Below are positions 24,263 to 37,097 of a stretch of 64,000 nt of DNA, in pieces (position 1 is the stretch's first letter; each line of letters begins with the position of its first letter). This DNA comes from Fistulifera solaris (lineage: Eukaryota): the NCBI GenBank assembly GCA_030295235.1, contig AP026155.1, positions 1 to 64,000 of the forward strand, read 5' to 3'. The notes under the pieces are model-generated. The model searched no databases, was not told the origin of the DNA, and worked only from the letters and a program-made list of their open reading frames with translations. Both the position numbers and the translations under genes were made by a program.

Positions 24263-25157
24263 TTTTAATTTAATTGTGTGCTTCGGATCGAAAAAGAATC
24301 AACGAGAATAAATGATTTAACGGGAAAAAGTAGCTCCGCTGTAGAAAATAAACTATAAATCTCTATCGAAGTTGAATAACGTTGCTGTAAACACAAATAA
24401 AGAAATGCAAGCACAATGTAAGGTTAAGAGGATTAAGAGGGAACAAACAACCTTTTGGAACCGCAAATGTCAAAACAGATCCATGACGCATCGCAAAACT
24501 CGTCCTCGAACGTTGTAGGGACTAAACGAAGAATTCTTTTCTTCTATAATCAACTTTGATCTTCTATCCCCTACCTTGTCAAGATATAGTCCGAATAAAT
24601 GAAGCTTGATACAAAAGGAACACAAAGGGAAAGACTTTGAGGTTCGTGAATGATGTAACTTTCTCCGTAGCAAAAGCAAGGACATGCCTTGTTTGCAACT
24701 TCCACGTGCAGATCTTTTCATGACCCAAATGTCCCTTGCCTGCGATGAACTATACTACTACGATGTACTCGCACATACCGATCCAGACAGACGATCGGCG
24801 GGCCGTTTTGCGCCGGGCGTCTCTTCCGAGTCGCTCCTCAACCCTCTACATTTCTATGACTTTATAGTCTATAGCTCTACAGTTTGCTATAGGGTGTTCG
24901 TGAGTCCGGTCAAAATTGGCCGTTAGTGTCATCAACGGAAACTATCCCCATTCCCCGCGCCATTATCGAACACGCCCGAACGGCGGATCGAGCGCAACAA
25001 ATAAACCAGCTCGTCACAATCGTTGCGATTGAATTGCGAATTGTAATCGAAGTCAATCTGCATCCCTTTGTTTCGTCAATATCGGCTATATAAGACTACT
25101 TTTGAAGTAGTAAAGCAGGCCAGATCTACGACATACGTTTTGCTTGAGTCATTCGAC

Positions 25158-25358
25158 ATGGTTTCCTCCACAGTCTTCCAAACGAAACTCGGGCAACATT
25201 CACGTCGCTTTCTTTCGCAAGCACCGCGTAGAACTCAACGTCAACAGAAACATTACAATAATTCGAGCGGCATCGCAATAGCGGCTTTCGCCTTTCTGTG
25301 TGGAGCGGGAAGCACTATTCTCATGGTGCGATTGGATGGAGAGGACAGCGTCGCATAA
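25158..25358 (+). CDS. Small putative mitochondrial membrane protein (66 aa)
   Basis: Arg/Ser-rich N-terminus ending RRFLS followed by one hydrophobic helix. Confidence 0.4.
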   Translation: MVSSTVFQTKLGQHSRRFLSQAPRRTQRQQKHYNNSSGIAIAAFAFLCGAGSTILMVRLDGEDSVA

Positions 25359-25482
25359 AAAGAACTTTGATCGAAATTTCTAGTGCACAAACAGAGTCTG
25401 GTTTTGTTGCTCTAGAATATAGAATATGAAAAGAAGAACTCTTTCGATCAAGGAGAACAACCGTCGGATCGTATGCCAGTGG

Positions 25483-27488
25483 TTAAATTTGACCAGCAAG
25501 ACTGTTCTGCTGTTCCAAAACCTCGGCTTCGAGTTTGCGGATGCGCTTACCCCATCCGTGAAACCCACTATGATTGCCAAACTTACGATACAAATCCAAC
25601 AACTCGAGCTCCGCGGCTCTTAGTTTCTCTGTCCGTTTTAGTTGATGCTGGGCTTTTTCCTTCTCCAGCCGGGCTTGCGTGTGCAATTCCTTTTCGATTC
25701 GAAGCTTGTTTCTCAAATTATCGCGGGCGGCGGTCAAGTTCTCAATGCCGGCTCGAAGCGAAGCGATCTGGGAGTGAAGACTACTTTCTTGGCTCAATTT
25801 ATCTTCGAGACGCTGGTTCTTCTTTTAGCTTCCTCCAAGAGAGCCTTCTTGTTTCGCAAGTTCGCAATGACCTTTTCGTTCTTGGCACGAAGTGCTTCTA
25901 CCTCTCTCTGCAACTCGGAAACAGAATTTTGAGGAATCTTTCCATCACGAAGCATAGCAAAAACAGATTTCTCAAGGCTCAAATCAGGCACGTCGCTGGG
26001 TACTTGCTTGCTCGCAATTATAGAAGCCGCGTCGTCCATGTCGGTACTCGTTGCTGCCTTGCGAAGCTCGGGTGATTTTGTTGCCGTCTCTGCCCCTAAC
26101 GACTCTTCTTCTGAAGGAAGAGCCGCCCGATCGCAAGAGATGCGCTTGCCCGGAAGATCGCCTTTTGATTGCCCGTGCTTTGACCTGGAATATGCACAGA
26201 GTTGACATCGGCGTCTGGGTGGTTTCTCCTTCTCTGACTCGACACGAGCCACTTCTTTTACATCTTTGTTTTGCTTGGCTGAAACAATGTTTTCACTAGC
26301 GTAAAGTTCATCCTGCGAACCCGTCGTTCCTTTGCCATTAGCACTGCAAGAATCAATTTTCTTGAGCTTACTTTCATTGGAGGCTGGATCATTTTCTTTG
26401 ACCGCCTTCTCAGCGGGTACTTTTTCGGTCTCCTTTGGAAGCTCTACCTTCGCTGCGACGGTATCAGGAACGTTTGCTTTTCTGTTTTCTGAGAAGACAC
26501 TTGCGCTCAGAAGCTTATTAGCATCATGTTTCTCCTCGTTAGTGATACGTCTTTCCTTCGCGGACACCGCAGGCTGCGTCTTTGCAGGGAGAGATTTTTG
26601 GTGACGGAGACTAAAGTAATCAATCAGTCCGAGCTCTTCTTCGTCGTCGGACTCATCACTCTCGGAGTTCTCCGCTGCGTCGTCGTCGCTATCATCTGCT
26701 TTTGGCTTTAAACCGACGATACGCACGTGAAAGGCTTTCTCGGTAGCGTCTCGAAGCTGTACCGCCGCTGTCAAATGTCGCATATAGATTTGGTTGTAGT
26801 GTGCGTAACTTTCATACCTACCCGTGACAGCACGGTGGTTCATTTGTCCAGTCAGTCCGATGAACTCAACAGTCGCATAGGCTTCTTCGAGTTTGAGCTC
26901 AAGGACATTAGCGGAATCAACCCCTTTCCCGTCAAAGTAATGTATCTGGACTGGTGTAGAAAAGTTCAGTTGTCTCACTACTTCCTTGTAGAGGATGACA
27001 GCCGGTAGCTTGTAGCATTCTTCTTGTGGGCCTGCGTGGACCTGCAGCATTTTCATGGTCGACAGGAAAGCGCTGAATGACTTATACTTGCACCATTTGT
27101 ACTTCCCCTGCTCCAGAAAATCAAGCAAATATTTCATATGCGACTCGCAGAGGTCATAAGCTTCCAGGGGTGTCAGTTCAATAAAGGGAGAGAATACAGG
27201 AACGTTGAAGGGACGCTGACTGGGCGAGACTTGAATTGCAAACTCTTCTCCTATCGGACTAACTTGCACAAAGTCGTTCTGTATTTGCTTTGTCCATCCT
27301 CTTTTAGTCATTTCTTGATTGAGTATTCGCAATGCCGTTCTCAATTCCATAATATCAGCATCGTCGCGTCTTCCATGATATGGCTGATTGCTTTGCAAAC
27401 GGTTTCGGAGAGAATACTGTAGAATGAGCAGATAGATTTGAGAATACGAATCATTCAAGGTGCAATGTAGATCTCTGCTCAATTGCAA
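25483..27488 (-). CDS. Hypothetical protein with acidic tract and C-terminal coiled coil (start uncertain, frameshift ~25797)
   Basis: 564-aa ORF abutting a 104-aa coiled-coil ORF on the same strand. Confidence 0.65.
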
Positions 27489-28482
27489 AATGATTTCTTT
27501 GGCAAATCATCATAGATTTGTAAACCCGCGTCCCCGTCACTTTACGAGTGCCGCAGGTCACTTTTCCCGTTCCAGTGGATCTCATTCCTTCGTTCTTTTG
27601 TCACGAGCGCCTCCATTTACTTACGCGATTTCTCATGATTGTAATAGTGAACACAGCAGCAATAGAATTCAGATAAGCATGACAGGAGATGCTCCTCAAT
27701 GATGTTGCTTTTGTTGTGGGAAAAAGTAAAACAAAACGTTTTGGAGGCGGGACTCGATGGCGGAATGTCCACGCTCGTCGCGCGATCTGGCATGGCTAAA
27801 CCTCAAAGATCTATTTTGCACAGTCTCATCTACATACAATTTTTTGTAGCCTTTTGTGGAAAAAGGTTCTGTTTTGAGTTTGAGGGGGCGGTGCGAGGTG
27901 CGACACTCTACCTGGTACAAAAGAAAAATTCAATCGATCTAAATCTAAATACGTCGATATTCGAAATCAGAATAAACCTAGGCTATCTGTTTGTTTTGCG
28001 AGAATTAAAGGTAAAGTAACCATTCTCTTCTCTTTCGCAGCATCTGCTAGACTAAGCTCAATTCGATTAATCAAGTCGAACAAGCTCTCAGATCGTTTTC
28101 CAATCGCTACTGCACCTCACTCATGAGTCATGAGTCATGATTCATCTGTTGCTGAGCCAACACATGAATGCTAGTCATCATTCGTCCCCAATATATTGTT
28201 ATAAAAATTCGTTTTACCCTTGATTATTATTTATGATTTATGTCGATAGGCCCCCGTAGAGAAATGTACCAAGCAGTTGTGTATTCCCGTGTCTCCGCCG
28301 TTGCTTGATGCTTAATTTGGTCTGGCAGACTTACAGACGATGGTTGTTGCCGGCCATAAACAAAACGATAGAAACGCAAGAAAATCGTCATTCAGCTCGT
28401 GATCTTCCATAGATGAATCTGCCGTTCAATTGCAACCAAGGTTACAGCAAAGATCGAACGATTCAAAGTTTACAAAAGCATC

Positions 28483-29383
28483 ATGTCGCATGTGAATCGC
28501 ATTAAAGGGTACTTGCCGGTTCGCTTGCAGCTGCCGTCGGAAGATGGTAAACGAGATGAGACATTTATTTACGTCAAAGAGCACACTGAAAAAGCTTCAA
28601 ACAAGTCGACTACACCCACATTATTTGTCGTGAATGCTCCCATATTTCCAGGCATATCAACGCGTATTTTACTCAAAGCACTCTTGGGATCATGGGCCGA
28701 TATTCAGCGCGTCACGGTTGTCTCTCATGCGACACGAACCCAACTATCCATGGCACCCACGTGGTTGACGAAGAACACGGAAGGAACTTACGCACACGTT
28801 ATCTATGCATCGCCACAGTCTCTTAAAAAGACGATGAAAGCGTTGGAAAAGCGCCCTGAACTTGCACTAGATGAAGCAGAGCTGAGCACGCTTCAGGACG
28901 CGAGCGCAGATGATGACGCAGAAGAGGAAGAGTCGGACCAGAAAGGAAAAAAATCTGGAAGCAAAAGTATTGTTATGGAGCTGGCTAAGCGGTATCGGCA
29001 GTCCATACCGGATAGAAATAAATTGTTAGAAGAATGCAATCAAGCTATGGAGAAATTCGAAGAAACGTCCGAAGCTCTTCGCATTGAACGCGAACGCGCC
29101 GCCAATGAGCCCGATGAAGATGGCTTTGTGACAGTAACATACACAGGCAACAACAACAATATTGCATTGGAGACATCACAGCAGACTTCTAAAAACAAGC
29201 GACCTAGCAGCAAAAGCAGTCGCCACCGTAAGAAACAAAAGAAAAAATGCGAAGACCTCACTGATTTTTATCGGTTTCCAAAACAAACAGCAGAAGAAAG
29301 ATGCTCTACAGGACTTGCGAAAACAATTCCAACATGATATTGAAAAAGTCCAGAAACTACGTGAAAACTTTCATCCGTTTTAA
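28483..29383 (+). CDS. RRP7: Ribosomal RNA-processing protein 7
   Basis: TLFVVNAP RRM-like start, EPDEDGFVTV and LTDFYRFQ..L..LRKQF..DIEKV motifs; one-base frameshift at ~29277. Confidence 0.85.
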
Positions 29384-30260
29384 GCAGCAATGGGAATATT
29401 CAATTTTCTCTTTTATGGATTCTGTCGCTGTGTTAGTCAAGCGGCATACGTTTTTGGCTTAGATTGTAAAGCACGCCGGATGATAGTTCTTCTAAAACGA
29501 GTTTACGCTGATGCCTGTAGTGGTAGATACTGGTAGGTAGGAAGCTAACCCCAGAAGTCCTGAATCTTGCATTGGAGATTCATTTGATAAAAGATCTTTT
29601 CTTGTGGAATATAACGCGTCCACCTAAGTCCTTAGCTAAAATCACATGGATCTGGATTCTGAATGAGGCGCTTATATTGTCCCCTTGATTATTAATCGTG
29701 GTTCACTTGTCTTGGAGTTTTGGTCTGGATTCTGGATCGTGAACGTGCGAGCAAAGGAGTATGGTGCCAGTGCCTCCTTCTTCGTACAAAGTACAAAGTA
29801 TAGTACTTTGCAAGATTGTAGCAGTATGACATTACAGTATTAAGGGTGTCTATTAAGGGTGTCGTCCTGTCTCTTGGCTAAGCTTACAAAGAATAAAGAG
29901 CGCTAAATCATGAGACTTAATGACTTTCTAAATTAGGATTGTTTCTTGTAACACCTAACACTGCTTACTGCTCGCTGCTGCGGCCGCTGATACGTACTTC
30001 CGTCAGATGATGTCAGATGAGTTGAGTCACAGTTGCAGTTCTTACGTCCCATACTTAATGCTTGTCCTCGCATTTCGCACTGCATTAGGTCTTTTATGTG
30101 TTAAATCTGAATCTAAATTAAGTTTTATTTAACGTCTTTTCACATCAAGTCTCATAGAAACGGTATCGGTGCGGCTGGTCGTAATGTCTGCATCATTCAA
30201 AGAAGCAGCAATCGGCTGGTTCTTCTGATAATCAAATTTCAACAAGCGATCATCATTATC

Positions 30261-31118
30261 ATGCTGACAAGGATGTTATCGCCCCATTTACCTCCTGAAA
30301 GGAAACAAAGCTTTCGATTGAAAAGCAGCGTGCCAGTCTATGAAGTTATCTGTGCGGAAAAGGGCTCGCGGTGCAGCCCACCCTCGCCTACAGAAAGCAT
30401 GCCGAAAGTAACATCGTCGGGTGGACTTTATCGCAACTTTTCGATTAACAATAAGGACATTGGCGGCCGTAACCCACCAAAACGCTCATCGGCTCATTCT
30501 AGAAGTATCGTCGCGTTAAGGTCACCCGTTTCTTCGCAAGACACTATGAAGACCTCCGTGAACGTCAGAAGATACTCGGCATCGGAGGCTGAACCTGATC
30601 GAATTGAACAGCTTCATAAAGGCCCAGTTCGACAACCTCCTCGTCGTATCAAAAGTTGTATGTCTCCGCTTTCTTTACGCATTTTCGCACAAAATGCTTC
30701 CCCCGTTCGAAAACCCAAACGAACAGTGTCGTTTGGCCGCGTGGAAAATGTCATCGTAAAAGATATAGCTCGCGAGAACAAAACCCAGTTGTGGTTTTCC
30801 TCAAAGGAATATGAAGCGATGCGAAACGAGGCCTTTCAGATTGCCCTAACCATTCGAGACAGAAAGGCGGTTGAAGACAGTTCCGCTGTAACCTCGCGAG
30901 GACTCGAAAGGTTTGTCAACAAAGAGTCGACAACAATCAAGACCGCTCGGCTGTCCGTACTGGAGCATCAAGATTTGACCATGTACGCCCTAGCATCGCA
31001 TCGGGCGGTCCTTGAAGCGAGAGAAACGGCGTTGTTGGATGCACTCGAGGCAGTTGCAATTCAGAAAGAGAGTCAAATACTGTCAGTACCTTTACGTCGC
31101 TCAAAGCTGAATCCTTGA
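30261..31118 (+). CDS. Hypothetical protein, RVxF / LWF / RGLE family, type A copy 1
   Basis: Disordered Ser/Pro/Arg-rich N-terminus, then KRTVSFG..V, LWFSSKEY and RGLE. Confidence 0.8.
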   Translation: MLTRMLSPHLPPERKQSFRLKSSVPVYEVICAEKGSRCSPPSPTESMPKVTSSGGLYRNFSINNKDIGGRNPPKRSSAHSRSIVALRSPVSSQDTMKTSVNVRRYSASEAEPDRIEQLHKGPVRQPPRRIKSCMSPLSLRIFAQNASPVRKPKRTVSFGRVENVIVKDIARENKTQLWFSSKEYEAMRNEAFQIALTIRDRKAVEDSSAVTSRGLERFVNKESTTIKTARLSVLEHQDLTMYALASHRAVLEARETALLDALEAVAIQKESQILSVPLRRSKLNP

Positions 31119-31484
31119 TCTGAACAAAGTAGATTAGTGGGTAATACTGAACATTTTTGGGAATTTGTTGTATCCTGTGTTTAATTTTTGTATGGAAGAA
31201 AATGAAAGCAATGAGTAACCAGACCATAGGAAAAGATATAGCCCTGTGTGCTCTGTGTCCTTCGTTCTTCAAACGCATTACGGATTACGGTACCAAAAGA
31301 AACAAAGAACAAGCTACACAATGACCATCGTGTCATAAAACACTCATCAAAAGCCAAACGATTCTCGTTAGTTACTCCGCAATCTGAGATGCCGTTGTTC
31401 GTCTGTTTCATCCTTCAGCCCGATACAATTCTCTTATCACAGTTTCAGCTTGCGGAGCTGGCAACATTTGTGTTCGTAAGAACT

Positions 31485-31696
31485 ATGGCAATGTTATAGA
31501 CAGATTTTACTCTCCTTGATAGCCATGAAAGAAGGCGAGGTCCTATCCTGGTTGTCGATCGTAAAGCTTCCAGTAGAAGGGAAGCGTTCGAAAGGACTGG
31601 TTGTATTCGATCGAAGAGCAGTCGCACCGCTCCTGCCGATCGGGCAAGATCTAAACCAACACATGTTCCGGAAACCGATTATACAAACACGAATTC
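31485..31696 (+). pseudogene. Truncated 5' fragment of the type B gene (paralogue of 34711-35496)
   Basis: ATGGCAATGTTATAGACAGATTTT aligns with ATGACAATGTTACAAACAGACTTC but has an in-frame TAG; upstream sequence is also homologous; similarity ends after KPIIQTRI. Confidence 0.75.
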
Positions 31697-32727
31697 ATTG
31701 CAGCAAATAGGGGGGACGTGGTGCCTGGTGCCTGGTGTAGTGCAGTGGTGCATCTGCGTTAAGCTACGATGAAAAAAGAAGACATGGATCACAGGGATTC
31801 TTTCAGGATTTCACAATTACGGACTATGGAAGTCGGGAAGGAACAAGAAAAAAGGATCAAGGGTCATGGATCGAGGATGACGTCTTCACGTTTCGCACGT
31901 AAAGGACATGACCGACTCTCTGGAAAGTACCAGGTGATACCGCATTATGCATCATGCATTATCAGCAAGAAGAGAATACCAGTACAACCTTTTAAAAGGA
32001 TCAAGGAAAATACAGTAGCTTCATTCTACATCAAAAGTTCAAACTTAAGAGATCGAAAGCTACTACGTAAAATGACCGACGACGATGACCCTCCTCCCTT
32101 CTCCTTCATCGGTATCGGTACTTTATGCTTCGGAAGCTTTTCGTAAACCGAATACTCGCAAATTGTAAATTCGGAATTTCTTGTAAGTTGAAGCATTTCA
32201 CTTTAGGTTCGACTCTCTATAATCTTTAAGCCAAAAGGGTTCGATACAACGGTATTATTACGAGACCTTAAATAAATTCTTCTCTTTAGTAGCAGTTCCG
32301 TTGTTCATGGATCTTTTCTCTTACCACTTGATGTTAACAAGATGCCTACGTAGTATGAAGGACTTCTTGATACATCCTGCACGTCCCAAGTCCGAACCCC
32401 TAATGCTGTCGGAAGATGTGAGATGAGTGAGTAGTGAGTGAGTCACAGTTGCAGCTGCCATGTTGAACCTCAAATTTCACTGCACTGCCCCGAGCCCGAG
32501 CCGTTCTGTTCTGTTTTAAATCTAAAATCTAAAATAAGTTTTTGGTGTACATCTTTTCGCTTCACATCTCAAATCCTTTACAACGCGAAGAAGTCGATAC
32601 CAGATACCAGTAGTCGTGATTCGTAATGTCTGCGTTCCTTCGGAAATGATAACACAGCTGTTTCTTGCTCTCGCCAGAGTTATTCTTCCTACGCCATTAG
32701 CTCTTCTCTCTTCCTGGAGCAATCACC

Positions 32728-33567
32728 ATGCCAACAAGAATGCTTTCACCTCATTTACCCCTTGAGAGAAAACGAAGCATACGGTTGAAAAGCAGCTTGC
32801 CTGTACATGAAGCGATCAGCACGAGAAAAGTCTCGAGGCAACCACCCTCGCGTACGAAAAGTTTGCCAAAACAAACATCGTCTGGTGGACTCTATCATGA
32901 CTTCATGAACCACGATAAGCATACCGCCGGCTATCACCAACCAAAACGCTCATCACCTCATATTCGCAGTAAAGCTTTACGATCGCTCGTTTCGTCGCAA
33001 GATATTGTAAAAGCTTCATCAAACTTTAGAAAAAATTTGTCATCGGATGCTGGGTCCGATCAAACCGAGCAGCTTGAACGTAAAGCTGAATCACCGATTC
33101 GACAAGCTCCTAGCCGGATCAAAAGTTATATGTCCGCACAAAATGCTTCCCCCGTTCGAAAACCCAAACGAACAGTGTCGTTTGGCCGCGTGGAAAATGT
33201 CATCGTAAAAGATATAGCTCGCGAGAACAAAACCCAGTTGTGGTTTTCCTCAAAGGAATATGAAGCGATGCGAAACGAGGCCTTTCAGATTGCCCTAACC
33301 ATTCGAGACAGAAAGGCGGTTGAAGACAGTTCCGCTGTAACCTCGCGAGGACTCGAAAGGTTTGTCAACAAAGAGTCGACAACAATCAAGACCGCTCGGC
33401 TGTCCGTACTGGAGCATCAAGATTTGACCATGTACGCCCTAGCATCGCATCGGGCGGTCCTTGAAGCGAGAGAAACGGCGTTGTTGGATGCACTCGAGGC
33501 AGTTGCAATTCAGAAAGAGAGTCAAATACTGTCAGTACCTTTACGTCGCTCAAAGCTGAATCCTTGA
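32728..33567 (+). CDS. Hypothetical protein, RVxF / LWF / RGLE family, type A copy 2
   Basis: N-terminal half diverged from, and C-terminal half identical to, 30261-31118. Confidence 0.8.
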   Translation: MPTRMLSPHLPLERKRSIRLKSSLPVHEAISTRKVSRQPPSRTKSLPKQTSSGGLYHDFMNHDKHTAGYHQPKRSSPHIRSKALRSLVSSQDIVKASSNFRKNLSSDAGSDQTEQLERKAESPIRQAPSRIKSYMSAQNASPVRKPKRTVSFGRVENVIVKDIARENKTQLWFSSKEYEAMRNEAFQIALTIRDRKAVEDSSAVTSRGLERFVNKESTTIKTARLSVLEHQDLTMYALASHRAVLEARETALLDALEAVAIQKESQILSVPLRRSKLNP

Positions 33568-34710
33568 TCTGAACAAAGTAGATTAGTGGGTAATACTGAA
33601 CATTTTTGGGAATTTGTTGTATCCTGTGTTTAATTTTTGTATGGAAGAAAATGAAAGCAATGAGTAACCAGACCATAGGAAAAGATATATCTTCCAAATT
33701 TTGAACGAGTGCAATTGAACAATGCAAATGAGGCGGCTTCATAATGACGTCTCTACGAGGTGCAGCATCCATTATTGTGACACAAATAGACTGCATAGCT
33801 TTCAACCTCATTGGAAAACGGGTTCAGGACATGCACTCCTCTAGCACTAGCTAGAGCTTTTACTCAGCACAGGGTTTGAACTATTTGTGAGAAAATGAAA
33901 ATGGACAACGAAAAAATCAGTACGAATTTCAAAGTTGCATTTTGACAAGGAAATTAGGGAATAAGATTAATAATTAGGATAGTTTGATTTAAGTAGTAAC
34001 CAAGTAGTAATTGTTGGCACGGGGACTACCTCAAGCGTTTTTTAAAAAATATTCCAAAAGTACCGGATCGACCGAAGTATTTTCCGTCTTTGTCATAGAA
34101 TGCCACGAAAGTGGATGCAATTGAGCAGGAACAGAAATAAAATGAAGGCGAAAAGCGAAAAGTAAATATGGAGTATTTGGTACAGGTGGGACGAACAGAA
34201 ATGACCGACAGGAGGACAGATCACAAAGCTTCAAAAGTGGGGACAAACGTAGGTCCACTTCTGATAATAAAATAATCATCATCTTTTAATTTAATCAAAA
34301 AATCAGAATCGTCAAATGGAATTTTTTTAAAGAATTTCGTGCGTGTTACGAATTATTCTTAATTTCCTAAAGTCAGAATATAATTGCTTATGACTTATGA
34401 CTTTAAAATTCAATAGCTTTAATTTTCTCCGCCAACCGCCAACGGCAACGAGCAATGGCCTCTCCGCCTCCTTCCTGTTCTTCAATTTTTAATGGAGCAA
34501 AATGCAAAATATAGAGGAACAACTAAAGCACTGACCACTGTGTCATAAAACATTCATCGAACAGCCAACATCGAACGATTCTCGTTGATTAGTCCGTACT
34601 CCGCAATTTTCAATTTGTAGCGAGCCGTGACAATCAATCTTTCATAACAATTTCAATTACAATTCGCAAGTGCTTTCAACGTTTGCCTTTCACTGCTAGT
34701 ACAAAGAACC

Positions 34711-35496
34711 ATGACAATGTTACAAACAGACTTCACTCTACTTGAAAGCCACGAAAGAAGGCGAGATCCAATTCTGGTTGTCGATTGTAAAGCTGCCAGC
34801 AGACGAAAAGCGCCTGAAATGACTGACACTAACCGATCGAAGAGCAGTCGCAAAGCCCGTGTTGGGAGAGCAAGGCCTTGTGCGGAGACTCAGGCTGCAG
34901 TGGTTGCCAAACCAATACATGTTCTGAAACCGATTATTCAAACACGAATTCCAAGAGCTTTCCAACAAGTGTACATTGCAGCAAATCGAGGAGAGGATAT
35001 AAAAGACATAGATCCATGTCCACCAATGCGGCAAATGCCACGTCGTACCAGGAGCTGCTTGTCCTCTAAGTTGTCGCGAACTTTTATTGACAGGGATGCG
35101 ACCCGTAAAACTGCGCGCTCTGTTTCATTTGGCGCTGTCAAAGGTGTCACAGTCGAAAATATTGCCGAAGATAACAAAAACGCATTGTGGTTTACGCGAG
35201 ACGAATACAATTCTATGCGACAAGAAGCTAAGGAGATCGCATCCGCCACTCACAAAAGAGGAGGTTCACTGAAAGAAACATTCAGAAGGTGTACACGAGG
35301 ACTCGAAAAATACATCGATCACGACTCATCAACAGTACAGGTCGCGAGACTTTCGGTGCTGGAGCATCATGATCTGGCCATGTACGCGCTAGCCTCAACC
35401 CGTGCCGTCAATGAAGCTCGACAGCTGGCTGAGAAAGACGCATTAGAAGCATTTTCTATTCATCAAAAGCGAATAATCACCCGAAGAGTGAATTAG
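34711..35496 (+). CDS. Hypothetical protein, RVxF / LWF / RGLE family, type B copy 1
   Basis: RSVSFG..V, LWFTRDEY, RGLE and ARLSVLEH.DL.MYALAS, shared with type A. Confidence 0.8.
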   Translation: MTMLQTDFTLLESHERRRDPILVVDCKAASRRKAPEMTDTNRSKSSRKARVGRARPCAETQAAVVAKPIHVLKPIIQTRIPRAFQQVYIAANRGEDIKDIDPCPPMRQMPRRTRSCLSSKLSRTFIDRDATRKTARSVSFGAVKGVTVENIAEDNKNALWFTRDEYNSMRQEAKEIASATHKRGGSLKETFRRCTRGLEKYIDHDSSTVQVARLSVLEHHDLAMYALASTRAVNEARQLAEKDALEAFSIHQKRIITRRVN

Positions 35497-36311
35497 TTGG
35501 GAAGTGGGGCTACATCTGTCCACTATCCTATCAACAACATAATATAAATATATTCTCGTTACAATAGCTCCGTCTTTATTCTCTTTGATTTAAGTAGTAA
35601 CCAAGTAGTAATTGTTGGCACGGGGACTACCTCAAGCGTTTTTTAAAAAATATTCCAAAAGTACCGGATCGACCGAAGTATTTTCCGTCTTTGTCATAGA
35701 ATGCCACGAAAGTGGATGCAATTGAGCAGGAACAGAAATAAAATGAAGGCGAAAAGCGAAAAGTAAATATGGAGTATTTGGTACAGGTGGGACGAACAGA
35801 AATGACCGACAGGAGGACAGATCACAAAGCTTCAAAAGTGGGGACAAACGTAGGTCCACTTCTGATAATAAAATAATCATCATCTTTTAATTTAATCAAA
35901 AAATCAGAATCGTCAAATGGAATTTTTTTAAAGAATTTCGTGCGTGTTACGAATTATTCTTAATTTCCTAAAGTCAGAATATAATTGCTTATGACTTATG
36001 ACTTTAAAATTCAATAGCTTTAATTTTCTCCGCCAACCGCCAACGGCAACGAGCAATGGCCTCTCCGCCTCCTTCCTGTTCTTCAATTTTTAATGGAGCA
36101 AAATGCAAAATATAGAGGAACAACTAAAGCACTGACCACTGTGTCATAAAACATTCATCGAACAGCCAACATCGAACGATTCTCGTTGATTAGTCCGTAC
36201 TCCGCAATTTTCAATTTGTAGCGAGCCGTGACAATCAATCTTTCATAACAATTTCAATTACAATTCGCAAGTGCTTTCAACGTTTGCCTTTCACTGCTAG
36301 TACAAAGAACC

Positions 36312-37097
36312 ATGACAATGTTACAAACAGACTTCACTCTACTTGAAAGCCACGAAAGAAGGCGAGATCCAATTCTGGTTGTCGATTGTAAAGCTGCCAG
36401 CAGACGAAAAGCGCCTGAAATGACTGACACTAACCGATCGAAGAGCAGTCGCAAAGCCCGTGTTGGGAGAGCAAGGCCTTGTGCGGAGACTCAGGCTGCA
36501 GTGGTTGCCAAACCAATACATGTTCTGAAACCGATTATTCAAACACGAATTCCAAGAGCTTTCCAACAAGTGTACATTGCAGCAAATCGAGGAGAGGATA
36601 TAAAAGACATAGATCCATGTCCACCAATGCGGCAAATGCCACGTCGTACCAGGAGCTGCTTGTCCTCTAAGTTGTCGCGAACTTTTATTGACAGGGATGC
36701 GACCCGTAAAACTGCGCGCTCTGTTTCATTTGGCGCTGTCAAAGGTGTCACAGTCGAAAATATTGCCGAAGATAACAAAAACGCATTGTGGTTTACGCGA
36801 GACGAATACAATTCTATGCGACAAGAAGCTAAGGAGATCGCATCCGCCACTCACAAAAGAGGAGGTTCACTGAAAGAAACATTCAGAAGGTGTACACGAG
36901 GACTCGAAAAATACATCGATCACGACTCATCAACAGTACAGGTCGCGAGACTTTCGGTGCTGGAGCATCATGATCTGGCCATGTACGCGCTAGCCTCAAC
37001 CCGTGCCGTCAATGAAGCTCGACAGCTGGCTGAGAAAGACGCATTAGAAGCATTTTCTATTCATCAAAAGCGAATAATCACCCGAAGAGTGAATTAG
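36312..37097 (+). CDS. Hypothetical protein, RVxF / LWF / RGLE family, type B copy 2
   Basis: Identical to 34711-35496. Confidence 0.8.
   Translation: MTMLQTDFTLLESHERRRDPILVVDCKAASRRKAPEMTDTNRSKSSRKARVGRARPCAETQAAVVAKPIHVLKPIIQTRIPRAFQQVYIAANRGEDIKDIDPCPPMRQMPRRTRSCLSSKLSRTFIDRDATRKTARSVSFGAVKGVTVENIAEDNKNALWFTRDEYNSMRQEAKEIASATHKRGGSLKETFRRCTRGLEKYIDHDSSTVQVARLSVLEHHDLAMYALASTRAVNEARQLAEKDALEAFSIHQKRIITRRVN

Noticed and set aside
25473..26075. 200-aa plus-strand ORF
   Set aside because: Antisense to the coiled-coil gene and has no recognisable composition.
29260..29300. Programmed ribosomal frameshift in RRP7 and other split genes
   Set aside because: Breaks coincide with homopolymers across many unrelated genes; sequencing error is simpler.
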